64,000 nt of DNA from assembly GCA_918797485.1 (NCBI GenBank), contig CAKKNE010000002.1, positions 4,588,001-4,652,000 of the forward strand, given 5' to 3'. Shown one piece after another: positions 39,007-48,946 of the stretch. The DNA is from Pelagomonas calceolata. Taxonomy: Eukaryota. The position numbers were made by a program, and so were the translations under genes. Positions within the stretch are counted from its first letter, which is position 1. Each line of letters opens with the position of its first letter. Below the pieces are notes generated by a model. The model was given only the letters and a program-made list of their open reading frames with translations, had not been told where the DNA came from and made no database searches.

Positions 39007-41935
39007 ATGCTCCAGGGCGGCAACATGGACCGCGTAGGTGCCTACAACCAGCGCTCGAGCGCCTACAACATGTGCGGCGCGAACGAGGACGACGTCGTCG
39101 AGCCCCAACGAACTAGACGAAGTAGACGCCCGAGGGAGTACGATGAAGTACAATATGAGGACGACGACTCCCAGTCGACGGCGCCCTCGCGCGGCGACCG
39201 TGGGAGCTTTGATGATGCGCCGCCGCGACGGCCGCGTCGGCGCCAGCGGGAGTGGCCCCAGGAGGACCCCGAGGACCAGCTTGCGCCGCCCCCGACCCAC
39301 GAGAGAAGGGCCGTGAAAGCAATAGCATACACGAGACAAGATGAAAAGAGCCCTGGTCCCGCCGCGACGCCGTCGTCCAAAGGCTCGGCGTTCGGCAAGC
39401 TGTTCACACCTAAAAAACCGAAGGAAAGCTTCAGAACGAAAACTCTGACCGAATTAACTGAGACGGGAACGTCGAGCGTAGCTAGGGTCAAGGAGGGCAA
39501 CGTCAAGTTCCCGAATTCGTGGTCAGGACATAAGGTCACGGTCTTCAATCCCTATCACCCGCGGCGGCTCATGTGGGACGCGACGATGCACCTTTCTGTG
39601 TGGAAATGCCCTTCAATCTGGGGTGCTGCTCTCTGGATACGGTCGAGTGTATCCCTTGGAGATCGTGTCCGAGTTTGGGCCGAAAACATGGCCGCGGTGC
39701 CGAGATAGCGAGACGCGATAAGCTGACTCACACACAGGCTCATACTCATTATCATTATTGCGGTGGTGACGCCCTTTGAGTTGACGTTCCTGGACGGGGT
39801 CCCCTTCGGCAAGGCCGACTGCCCGACGGACAAGCACGGCTGCCCGGCGCCGGGCGACTTGTTCTTGTTCTGGCTCAATCGTTTGAGCGACTGCTTCTTT
39901 TTGGTTGATATGGTCCTGACGTTCAACACGTCGTTCTTCGATAGTATACGAGGGCGGTGGGTGGAAGAGCGGTCGGTCATCGCGCGGGAGTACCTCCGTT
40001 GCTGGTTCTGGCTCGACGTCCTCTCGCTCCTCCCCTACTCCCTGATGTTCTCGGAGATCAAGGCTGCTGGATTAATCAGAGTCATCCGTTTAGTTCGACT
40101 ACTGAAGCTCCTCAAGCTCGCGAAGCAGCCGCGGATCATGGCCAAGCTCCGCCAGTTCGTGACCATGCCCATCAAGCAGCAGACGCTGATCAAGTACTTC
40201 TTCATCATCTTCTTCATCATCCATTGGACGGCCTGTACGCTACGATTACTTACGTCATTTGCGGTCGGCGACTGTCGGCCCAAAGGTAGCGATATGCACA
40301 GTGGCCTACCTTTTGATGATGAATGTGCGAGAACCTACTTGAACACGAACAGGAGGTGGGGCCAGGGCCCCTGGTCGCAATATGCCTCGGCCATCATCTG
40401 GAGCATCGGCGCGATGTCGGGCGAGGCTTATCTGCCCGCGAACATGGAGGAGACCGTATTAAACACTTTAGTGATGCTCATGGGCATCGTGGTCATGGCC
40501 TTCTTGGTGGGCGAGCTCTCAAATATTCTCGGGAATTTTGATCCGGTCGGGAACGAATTCGAGCAGACCGTACGGGCTCGGTGTCTCGTATCTCAACAGT
40601 TTTACGCCATCGACGCGCGTCGTCTCCAGGAGAGCTTGTGAAGGGTGGTCGCTTTTGCGATTCTGAGGCCGTTCGCACCGCGACGGTTCCGTCCGCACAC
40701 AGGTCGACAACCTCGACGCGTACTTTGAGAGCAACCAGTACCCGGAGATGCTGCGGTTGAAACTGAGGGAGTATGTACTACTTACTGAACCCATATATAG
40801 AGAAAAGTATTACATCGAGCTCATGAAGCAGTTCTCGCCGGCTCTGAGGACTACCGTGGCCAATTTCCAGTTGTCTCATTATGTGGCCAATATCCCCTTT
40901 TTTGCATTTGCTATTCAAAGAGGCTGCGGGTTTGAAGAGGGCGCCATCATGGACGTGCAGGAGCCCCCGCAACAGGTCGGTTCTGGTGACAGGGAGGAAG
41001 TGTGGAGACGAGCCACCATCGTGGCTGCGGATCCCATGACCGAAGGCTACGAGGTGGCCTACCATGACGGGCAAAGTACGAATGAAACGAAGGTTTCTGT
41101 GAATAGGCTGCGGGCGGTAGATCAAAGGTTACACTACCGGATGATCCACATTAACAGATTAAGGCGCAAGTTCGTGGGCGACTTCGCGTTACGGCTAGAA
41201 CCCATGTTATTTATGCCGGGCGACGCCATCATCGAGGCGAACTGGTCTCGATGCGATTCCCTCTACTTGGTGACGACGGGCACGTGTATCGTGGTCAAAG
41301 AAAGGTTAAACAGTATGTTCGATATTAGATTGAGACACTACGGTTCCACGATCGGTGGCGACATCTCGACGTTGCTGATAGCCGGCGAGAAACGGCGCTT
41401 ACGACACTACGACTGCAAGGCGCACAACGCCGTTCAAATTTACAAGATGGCCGACGGTGAATTTCTGAGCTTGATGGCCTTCGAGAACTACGCGGAGTTC
41501 GCGCGGACGATCAAATATTTCGGGTTCTGCATGCTCGTCAAGATGCTCACGTTCCGACAGATGGAGAAGGCGACGGCGGCCGGCCTGACGCTGCAGCAAC
41601 AATTCGCCAAGCTCGAGGCGGCGAATCCGTTCGTGCGCGAGAATGAAACTCCTAAAAGTAAGGAAAAGCCGGTCAAGGTTCGCTTGGCTTCCGATCTAAC
41701 TGGTTTGTTGGATCAGCTCGGTTTGTCGAAGTCTGTCAGGTCGAAAGTTGTAGCGGAGTTGAAGAAGCACGAGATCTACAACCTCGAGACTGCTCAAAGT
41801 CTGAGAGTGGAGGACTGGGACATGCTAGATTTGAAGATGGGGACGCGGCGCCTAATCCTGGCGAAGCTCGGCGCGCTCGGCGGAAGTTATTTGGGGTCGT
41901 TGACGGACCCGTCCCAGGGCTGCGCGCGGCCCTAG
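39007..41935 (+). CDS. Voltage-gated CNBD-family (EAG/HCN/CNG-like) ion channel with an atypical pore, a Tudor-like insert and a C-terminal SAM domain; exons 39007-39587, 39738-40569 and 40703-41935, about 881 aa
   Basis: S1 WDATMLILIIIIAVVTPFELTF (after splicing), S2 DCFFLVDMVLTFNT, S3 YLRCWFWLDVLSLLPY, S4 IRVIRLVRLLKLLKL and S5 IHWTAC. C-linker EQT|VDNLDAYFESNQYPEMLRLKLREY. CNBD-like FMPGDAII...DSLYLVTTG. SAM-like tail. Confidence 0.82.
39588..39737 (+). mobile_element. Introner-type intron, 150 nt, GC-AG, phase 2
   Basis: gcaccttt followed by TIR ctgtgtggaaat; ends acacacag|gctcatac. Removing it deletes the stop at 39706-39708 and restores the S1 helix. Confidence 0.8.
40570..40702 (+). 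mobile_element. Introner-type intron, 133 nt, GT-AG, phase 0
   Basis: Contains acgccatcgacgcgcgtcgtctccaggagag...gggtggt...tgaggccgttcgcaccg, homologous to 12768-12892. Ends gcacacag|gtcgac and joins the frames. Confidence 0.88.
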
Positions 41936-42003
41936 TTCTTTGGCCCTCTTGTGGGCGACATATCCACTGCTTGCTTGCTTAGTATAAGTATATAGTTGCG
42001 GAC

Positions 42004-43473
42004 TTATATTACTGTAGTCGCCCGCGCCCCGGCCAGGGGGTCTGACCTCTCTGTTTGCGCCTCGGAGCGCGCGCGCCGCGCCGCGATCGCGGCCTCGAAG
42101 GGCGATTGCGTCTTCTGGTCGACGTCTGCCGCGGGCGCGGCCTCGAAGGCAGCGAAGTCGTCGCCGTCGTCCGCGGCCGGCGTGGCATCGAAGGAAATGA
42201 GGCCCTCGTCTGCGTCCGCGGGCGCCGCATCGAGGGTCGTCTCAAGGTTCAGAATATCGGCCTCGATGGCGTCGAGCATCGCGGTGCCGGTCGTTGTGGG
42301 CCTATAGGGCTCGACGGCCGGCGGCGGCGGCGCCGGTTCTGCGGGCGGCGGCGCCCTGGACACCGAGCCGGACGACATGGTCACGACGCGGTGGCCTTGC
42401 GGCGTCGCCGTCTTCGTCGAGGCCGCCCGGCTCACTGGCGGGGGCGCCGCGTCGACCGCGTCAGGAATCGGCCGAATTGCGTCGACCGCCGGGGGCGGCG
42501 CGTCGACAACCGCGGCAGGAGTCTGCGCTGGCGACATGATCGGCGACACGGGCCTCGCAGCTTCCAGAGTGGGCGACACGGCCCGGGGCGGCGCGTCGTC
42601 GTCGCTGGCCTCAACGACGTCTTCGGTACTGGAGGCCCGCCGCACGGCCTCGGCGCGCACGGCCGCCACGAGCTCGTCGCTGGAGAGCTCGGCGACGGTG
42701 TCAAGCACCTTCGCGGTTACCTCGGGCGACGGCAGCGGCGACGTCGACGCCTGGCGCTCAAATTCCGGGGTTGTGAGCGGCAAACGCGTGGCATTCAGGG
42801 CCTTCTGCGCGTCGCCCGGCGACGTCTGGAAGCGGTAGCGGAACCCATCCTGCGCCGGCGTCGACACGAGCGCCGCGGGGCTCGCCGCTCTGGGAGTTGC
42901 GGCGTCGAGCCAGTCGGCGTAGCTCCGCAGCTTCAGGGCCAGCGCTATTTTATCCGCCGCGCTCAAGTCGGCCTTCGCGAGGCGCCCGAGCGCGACGTCG
43001 AGGTCGTCGACCGGGTTCGTCTCTTTGCCGAGTAACTTGTTCACGCCGTCGAGGAGCGAGCCACGGCGCTTCCGCGCGGACGCCGCCCGGGGCGATTGCG
43101 CCGGCGTCGACGCCACCGACGACTTGGGCAGCGACGCCGGCGACGCGCTCGTGCTCGCCGGCGGCGGCGGCGGCGTGGGCGCGGCGACGCGCGCCGGCAG
43201 GGGCGGCGGCGTCGCGTCGGCCGGTGGCGCTGGCGGCGGCGCCGGCGGCGGCGCCGGCGGCGTCGCCGGCGGCGGCGCCGTGACGACGATCGGTGCGACC
43301 TCCTTGGGCCGGAGGTGCGCCGGTACCGGCTTCTTGTGCCGGAGGGCGGACGCCGCGAACTTCATATCCTCGGAGGGCGGGGTGCCGAGCTTGAGCAGGT
43401 GCCCCGTCTTCAGGCACATCTCCATCATCTCGCCCGTGTTCGCGTCGCGCACGAGCATGCGCTCGTTGTTCAT
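42004..43473 (-). CDS. Pro/Ala-rich, largely disordered hypothetical protein
   Basis: Long ORF with GC3-biased codons from MNNERMLVRDANTGEMMEMC (ATG 43473), with poly-Pro tracts. Confidence 0.6.
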   Translation of the reverse strand: MNNERMLVRDANTGEMMEMCLKTGHLLKLGTPPSEDMKFAASALRHKKPVPAHLRPKEVAPIVVTAPPPATPPAPPPAPPPAPPADATPPPLPARVAAPTPPPPPASTSASPASLPKSSVASTPAQSPRAASARKRRGSLLDGVNKLLGKETNPVDDLDVALGRLAKADLSAADKIALALKLRSYADWLDAATPRAASPAALVSTPAQDGFRYRFQTSPGDAQKALNATRLPLTTPEFERQASTSPLPSPEVTAKVLDTVAELSSDELVAAVRAEAVRRASSTEDVVEASDDDAPPRAVSPTLEAARPVSPIMSPAQTPAAVVDAPPPAVDAIRPIPDAVDAAPPPVSRAASTKTATPQGHRVVTMSSGSVSRAPPPAEPAPPPPAVEPYRPTTTGTAMLDAIEADILNLETTLDAAPADADEGLISFDATPAADDGDDFAAFEAAPAADVDQKTQSPFEAAIAARRARSEAQTERSDPLAGARATTVI

Positions 43474-43875
43474 CTTGACCGGCTCGTCTCTTGGCTCTTG
43501 CGTGTTATGTGGCTCCTCTGGCTTTTGCGTGTTGTGCGGGCCCAGGACCGGCTCTTGCTTGTTATGCGGTTTTAGCCCCCAGGCGAGGCGCGCGCGCCGC
43601 GCGCCGGGCCGCAGGCCGCGGCGGAGCGGGATCTTGACGTGTCTGCGCAGCGATGGGCTGCTTGTGCGCGCGTCGCGGAGCTCAAAACGTCGGCACAATC
43701 CGAAAATCGATGCGTGCCCCGCACGATATCAACCAGCACTAGTCCTAGCACCGTAACAGAAATCCCACGAGCATGAATCGTGCCAAGAATCAGCGCCGCA
43801 AGGAGACTAAAGTTAAGTTAAACACGGGCTGGGGCGCATGGAAGATACGCGGATGGGGGAAGAGCCAGAGAGGGC

Positions 43876-44520
43876 TCACACGAGGAAAGACCCCGCACAG
43901 ACCGACATGCTTTCGCGGGCCGCCGCCTCGAACTCCTCGCTGACGACGCGGCCGCCGAAGCGGTCCGCGTCCGCGAGGGCCCGCAGCAGGGGCGACGCGG
44001 CGAGGTCGAGGGGGCCGAGGGGCGGCGACTCGGGCCGCGCCGCGCGGTACTCCGCTGCGAGGCGTTCGACGTCCGACTCCGGACTGGCGTCGCGTGGTGA
44101 TACGGGCACCCACGTCGGCACGGCCTGTTTGGAGGGCGATGCGAGGTGCCAGCCGCGCCGCGCGGCGCCGTCTGTTGCGTAGAGCAGGGTGGGTACGAAA
44201 GGCGAACGGCAATTCGGGCAGGTCGGATTCGGAGCGCGCGTCACGACCTCCTTCAGACACTTCACATGGAACGCGTGCCGCGCGCTGCACGGCAGCGCGA
44301 CGGCCGGGGCCAGACTGAGGTCGTCGAGGCAGATCGGGCAGGGCTCGCGGCCCTGGAATGAAAAGAGAGGGTGGGGCTCGATGGTCGTGGGGCACTCGAC
44401 GCGGTAGGGCGCGATGCCGTATCCAGACCCAATGCTGCCCCGGCTGCCCCGTTGCTCCGCGCGCGCCGCGCGTGCGTCGAGGCGCGCCGTTCGGCGCTGG
44501 GCGCTCGACGCCGGCTCCAT
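43876..44520 (-). CDS. RING-H2 finger protein (putative E3 ligase)
   Basis: CPICLDDL...LPCSARHAFHVKCL...CPNCR (C3H2C3 pattern). Confidence 0.8.
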   Translation of the reverse strand: MEPASSAQRRTARLDARAARAEQRGSRGSIGSGYGIAPYRVECPTTIEPHPLFSFQGREPCPICLDDLSLAPAVALPCSARHAFHVKCLKEVVTRAPNPTCPNCRSPFVPTLLYATDGAARRGWHLASPSKQAVPTWVPVSPRDASPESDVERLAAEYRAARPESPPLGPLDLAASPLLRALADADRFGGRVVSEEFEAAARESMSVCAGSFLV

Positions 44521-44775
44521 GCTGCCCCCGGCTGCCCTCGGCAATGCGGCAGCGAGGCCGGCAGCGAGGGTGCAACGCAAAAATGTCTTATAGGCGTCTT
44601 CTGATTCCTGACGTGTCCCGACCCGCAACGGGCGCAGCCGATCCAAGTCTGACCAGCGCCTTTCTGTGTCATCTACCCGTCGGCGACGCCTCGAGGGGCA
44701 GGCTGGCACCGCGGCCCGCGGCGCCACCCGACTCCCCAGACGCCGTCGACGAGGCGTCCCCTCAATTGCTACAAC

Positions 44776-45873
44776 TTACTCGATCCCACAAGTCTCCCGC
44801 CGCGGGAAGCGCCAGGGCGCCGCCCAGCCCGGCGGGTGCTTCCGCGTAACCTCGACCTCGTCCCACGGCTTCGCCCCGCCCGGGTAGTGGCGGATGAACG
44901 CGCCGCCCCAGCACCGCGTGTTGTGGGCGTGCTGCCGGTGGATGCCCCGCATGCAGTTCCACCTTGGATCCAATCTCACGAGGTCCGGGCCGACCGCCAG
45001 CACGAAGGGCGGATTCGAACCGAGCTTGTAGACCTTGCCCTGTGACACTTCATTCCTCGAGATCCAGCGCGCGACGCTATCCAAGCGCTTCGTCGACCGC
45101 CACCGATCTAGTTCGAAGACGACGACGCCCGCGTTAAAGCTGTGCATCTCGCCCCTACTTCTTACCATGGGCAATTTACAATTCACGACGCCGTCGCATG
45201 GTTTTTTAAAGTCCCGCGGCACGGCTGCTATGACACTATTTGGTTTCTCTTGAAATAACTGTCGCGCGGCGTCATCGAGGTCTGCCAGCGACCTCTCCAC
45301 AAAAACGTCCGTGTCGAGGTAGATGCATCTTTGTGAAGAAGGTAGGAGTTCGCCCACGAAAAAGCGCGCGTAATTCAACGGGTCGCGCAATCGAGGATCT
45401 CTGGCCCTCGGCGCCGGGAATCTAGAGATGTCGTGGAAGTGTTTCACAGCAATTTGAGCTTTGTTCTCAACAGCGCAGCGGGCCGCGCGTCCTATGCTCT
45501 CGACCTTGGCAGCGTCATCAACTAAAAGTAAAAAACGGAGCCGGTGTCGCTGTGAACGCGTGGCGTTCGTCGCCGACGCGACGACCGCCAAAGCTCCCGT
45601 GTAGTGCGCCTTGGAACAGGCAACCACCACATTGATATCATGTTGCATGGGCGCCGCGGCCGGCGCAAGCGTCGTCGGCGGCGGCGTCGGGCCCTCGTCG
45701 GTGGGCATGCGCGTCGTCGGTACTTGGGTGGGCCCCACGGGCGTCGGCGCCCGCGTCGGCGCCGGCGTGTGCTTGCGGAGGTGCTGCTGCTGGCGGCGCT
45801 CGAATTTGTGGAGGCCGCCCTCCTTGGCCGCAGCAGTGCAGAGGCAGAGGGCTGCCCACCACCTCCTTCTCAT
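44776..45873 (-). CDS. Glycosyltransferase family 8 (GAUT/GATL/GLT8D-like) with a signal anchor and a mucin-like stem
   Basis: NYARFFVGELLP, DxD in CIYLDTDV, SFNAGVVVFEL, GSNPPF, RWN and HYPGGAKPW. Confidence 0.88.
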   Translation of the reverse strand: MRRRWWAALCLCTAAAKEGGLHKFERRQQQHLRKHTPAPTRAPTPVGPTQVPTTRMPTDEGPTPPPTTLAPAAAPMQHDINVVVACSKAHYTGALAVVASATNATRSQRHRLRFLLLVDDAAKVESIGRAARCAVENKAQIAVKHFHDISRFPAPRARDPRLRDPLNYARFFVGELLPSSQRCIYLDTDVFVERSLADLDDAARQLFQEKPNSVIAAVPRDFKKPCDGVVNCKLPMVRSRGEMHSFNAGVVVFELDRWRSTKRLDSVARWISRNEVSQGKVYKLGSNPPFVLAVGPDLVRLDPRWNCMRGIHRQHAHNTRCWGGAFIRHYPGGAKPWDEVEVTRKHPPGWAAPWRFPRRETCGIE

Positions 45874-46107
45874 GGTGGCAGCGTCACGCGAGACGTCTCA
45901 TTTTGCATGTATGCGGCAGCCCGGCTGCGCTTTCGTGCCTGCAATATTTTTTGCATGCTTGCTAGCACGTCTAACCTAGCAAGCACTTCTGGGGCGCCAG
46001 CCTGGTGCTGATTCCGCTGGCCAAATTGGCCCGTTTTATCGTTGATTGGACACATTAGACTGCTGAACGCGCCGACAAGCGGCGAGAGAATCGATACGAC
46101 ACATACC

Positions 46108-47202
46108 ATGCATCGACTCATTCTCACCCTGCTGCTGACCAGCGCCGCAGCGATGCGGTTCGAGGACTATGAGGTCGCATTCAACAAGAAGTATTCCTTC
46201 GGAGAGCGCATGATTCGCCGCGCGCATTTCGAGCAGTCGCTCCAACGCGTCGCGGCCCACAACGCGGGCGGCCACTCGTGGAGAGCTGGCATCAACCAAT
46301 TCTCTGACCTCTCCGACGAAGAATTTAAGAACAGCTACCTGATGAGACCGCAAAAGTGCAGCGCCACGAACACCGTCGGCGTTCCGGGGGAAACTGCGCA
46401 TCTCCGCGGCGCCGAGAACAAGAAGAAAACGGCCGATCTGCCCCCGAGCATCGACTGGCGCTCGCGCGGCATCGTCTCCGAGGTGAAGAACCAGGGCGGC
46501 TGCGGAAGCTGCTGGACCTTCTCGACGACTGGAGCACTCGAGGCTCACCTCGCGCTCAAGGCGGGCGCGTGGCGAGCGCCGCGATTGTCCGAGCAGCAGC
46601 TGGTGGACTGCGCGGGCGCCTTCGACACGAAGGGCTGCGACGGCGGGCTACCATCGCACGCTTTTGAATACATAAAACATGCCGGGGGCCTCTCGACCGA
46701 GTTCGCCTATCCGTACCACGCGAAGGACCAGAAGTGCTCGTTCAACGCCTCGGCGTCGGTCACGGCCCCGCAGTCCAACGGCATCGGCATCCGAGTGCCC
46801 GGTGGGAGCGTGAATCTCACCAAGGGCGACGAGGTGGCTCTCAAGTACTACCTGGCCACCAAAGGGCCGGTGTCGGTGGCGTTCGATGTGGCGTCCGATT
46901 TCAGAGATTACAAGAGCGGCGTCTACTCGTCGACGATCTGCAGCCACGACGCGGAGCACGCGAGTCACCGTGCGAAAAAAAATGTTGCGACGCGAGCTCA
47001 CCGGTCGATGTCCACGCAGGTCAACCACGCGGTGCTGGCCGTCGGCTACGGCGTCGATCCGGTCTCGGCCAAGCCCTACTGGCTCATCAAGAACTCGTGG
47101 GACTACACCTGGGGCGATTCGGGATACTTCCGCATGGAGGCGTTCAAGAATATGTGTGGTGTTGCCGACTGCAACTCGTTCCCTGATCTATACGGCGCCT
47201 GA
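46108..47202 (+). CDS. CTSH: Cathepsin H-like papain-family cysteine protease; in-frame intron 46960-47019, about 344 aa
   Basis: Signal peptide, I29 prodomain (ERFNIN-like, GINQFSDL), mini-chain PQKCSAT, QGGCGSCWTFSTTG, GGLPSHAFEYI, NHAVLAVGYG and YWLIKNSW. Confidence 0.9.
   Translation: MHRLILTLLLTSAAAMRFEDYEVAFNKKYSFGERMIRRAHFEQSLQRVAAHNAGGHSWRAGINQFSDLSDEEFKNSYLMRPQKCSATNTVGVPGETAHLRGAENKKKTADLPPSIDWRSRGIVSEVKNQGGCGSCWTFSTTGALEAHLALKAGAWRAPRLSEQQLVDCAGAFDTKGCDGGLPSHAFEYIKHAGGLSTEFAYPYHAKDQKCSFNASASVTAPQSNGIGIRVPGGSVNLTKGDEVALKYYLATKGPVSVAFDVASDFRDYKSGVYSSTICSHDAEHASHRAKKNVATRAHRSMSTQVNHAVLAVGYGVDPVSAKPYWLIKNSWDYTWGDSGYFRMEAFKNMCGVADCNSFPDLYGA
46960..47019 (+). mobile_element. Introner-type intron, 60 nt, GC-AG, phase 0
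   Basis: gcgagtca-ccgtgcgaaaa...gatgtccacgcag|gtcaacca. The 3' end is identical to that of intron 63850-63928. Removal restores CSHDAEH-VNHAV spacing typical of cathepsin H. Confidence 0.82.
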
Positions 47203-47342
47203 CTCTGAGCCGACGTCAACGCTGTCGACGCGACTACTCGATGGCTAGACTCGATGGCGTACGTCGCGACAACGACAATTGCGCGAAGACATGTGTTCCC
47301 CCTTCCTGTGTAATATACGATAACATCTTACAAAGATAGTGG

Positions 47343-48401
47343 TCACGCGAGTGAAATCGCAATGAGCTCGGCCTTGACCTGGTCCCCGGCCAGCGTCGGG
47401 GGGAAGTCCGCCGCCGCGTCAGAAGTCGCAAACCGCCCGAGCGGCTCGAGCACCTCGTCCGACGCGATGTGGGCGAAGCACGTCGACGACACGCGCCACA
47501 GCGATCTACCAGAAGCCTTCGCTTTCCGGGCGGCAACGGCCGTTTTTTCCGAGGCCACAACTTCATGAAAACCGGCCAAAACGTGTCCAGCGGTCAGGTG
47601 GTGGAACTGCTGGCCCGCCTGGAGCAGCAAGCACCCCTCCGGTATCACCGGAGCCACGGCTCTACCAGAACGCGTCCAGACGGTCAGCCCCGGGAAGCGC
47701 GACTTGCCATGTACACTTAAAAAGTTCAGGTCCGTGTGGAAACCAGCCAACACGGTCCCAAGTCTCACCTCATGGGCCTTCCTTTTCAGGGGCGGCTCGT
47801 CCTCCGCTAGTAATCTCAGATCCGAACCAGTGGGCGCTAACAAGTGCGGCGCTTTATTCATTTTCGAAGAGAACGCGCCTCGCTCCAGCCCAAACCCAAG
47901 AGCGGCCATCTCCGCCACGGTGGTCGCCGTTTCTACGAGGGACGAGCCCCAAGCATTCATGGTCGTTTCCCACTCATCAAACCCTTCGGGAATGACAGCG
48001 GGCGCGTTGAGCTCCTCGAATTTTGATTGAGAAGGTCGCTCCCCGATGCGCCAGAAGAAGCGCCACTTCGCGTCCGGCTGCGGGGGGCACTCGGAGCGCG
48101 GCTTGTCGGTTAATTGGGAAGCTTCGTCACAGCGCGGTCGAGCTTTCTCGACGCCCGACGGCGTCACGCCGACCTGGTAATGTAAGTCCGGTCGCGCGTC
48201 TTCCACGCCGTCGGACTGCTCGAAGTAGGCCTCCATGAGGTCGAGGAATTCTTCATTTTTTGAAGCGTCGACGCGCGGATCCTTGACGACCAAACAGCCG
48301 CAGTCGTGCAGCGCCCTTGCCACCGCTTCGCAGGCTTCGGCGTCGTCGCCGCTCTTGACAAAAGTACCGACGTCTATCACTGGAATGAGGGCTTCCGCCA
48401 T
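47343..48401 (-). CDS. 2-oxoglutarate/Fe(II) dioxygenase (IPNS-like family)
   Basis: IPVIDV N-terminus, HxD in FHTDLNFL, distal His FHEVV, and RxS in RVSST. Confidence 0.88.
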   Translation of the reverse strand: MAEALIPVIDVGTFVKSGDDAEACEAVARALHDCGCLVVKDPRVDASKNEEFLDLMEAYFEQSDGVEDARPDLHYQVGVTPSGVEKARPRCDEASQLTDKPRSECPPQPDAKWRFFWRIGERPSQSKFEELNAPAVIPEGFDEWETTMNAWGSSLVETATTVAEMAALGFGLERGAFSSKMNKAPHLLAPTGSDLRLLAEDEPPLKRKAHEVRLGTVLAGFHTDLNFLSVHGKSRFPGLTVWTRSGRAVAPVIPEGCLLLQAGQQFHHLTAGHVLAGFHEVVASEKTAVAARKAKASGRSLWRVSSTCFAHIASDEVLEPLGRFATSDAAADFPPTLAGDQVKAELIAISLA

Positions 48402-48946
48402 CGGTCCGAGTCGTGTTCTTTTTGGGGGCGCCTTTCGTCGCGCGGTTTTGAGGCTGGTTCGCTGGACGGTGTCCGCGGTGCGTTCCGTGCGTGGCGTCTG
48501 CGTCTACGGGCGCTCCTCGTCTGGGCAGCGCCGATGCGGTGCCCTCGGTTGCGAGAGCAATGCGGCGAATACAGGCCCGTTTTGAGCGCAGTCTTCGACG
48601 GCAAGCCTTCGTGAAGGTCTATGAGGTGCCGCACACGCAGCGGGTAGTACCCTAGCCAGATATTTGGGCTAAAATTGTTGATTGGCTTTGACTGAAAAAC
48701 CCGTGATTCTCAAATTATTCAAACACGCACTCAAATTAAAGCGCAAAAGGGCCTAGCTCAGCTGCAAGGCCTTTTTGCATTGTGCCGCAGCTCATATAAA
48801 TCACATATAACTTGGAGCTGCGCTGCGCGCCGAAACCGCGCGTTGAGGCCATCGCTGCGCGCCAAAAAGCGACCAGCCGCCAGCCGCCGCTCTGCGCTGC
48901 AGAAGCACCCTAGCGCGCCACCGGCACGCCTCCACAGGAAGACAGC

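Noticed and set aside
47225..47270. tcgatggc / tcgatggcgt words resembling the introner core between the cathepsin and dioxygenase 3' ends
   Set aside because: No TIR, TSD or splice sites could be delimited. It may be a remnant or chance, so it is not called.
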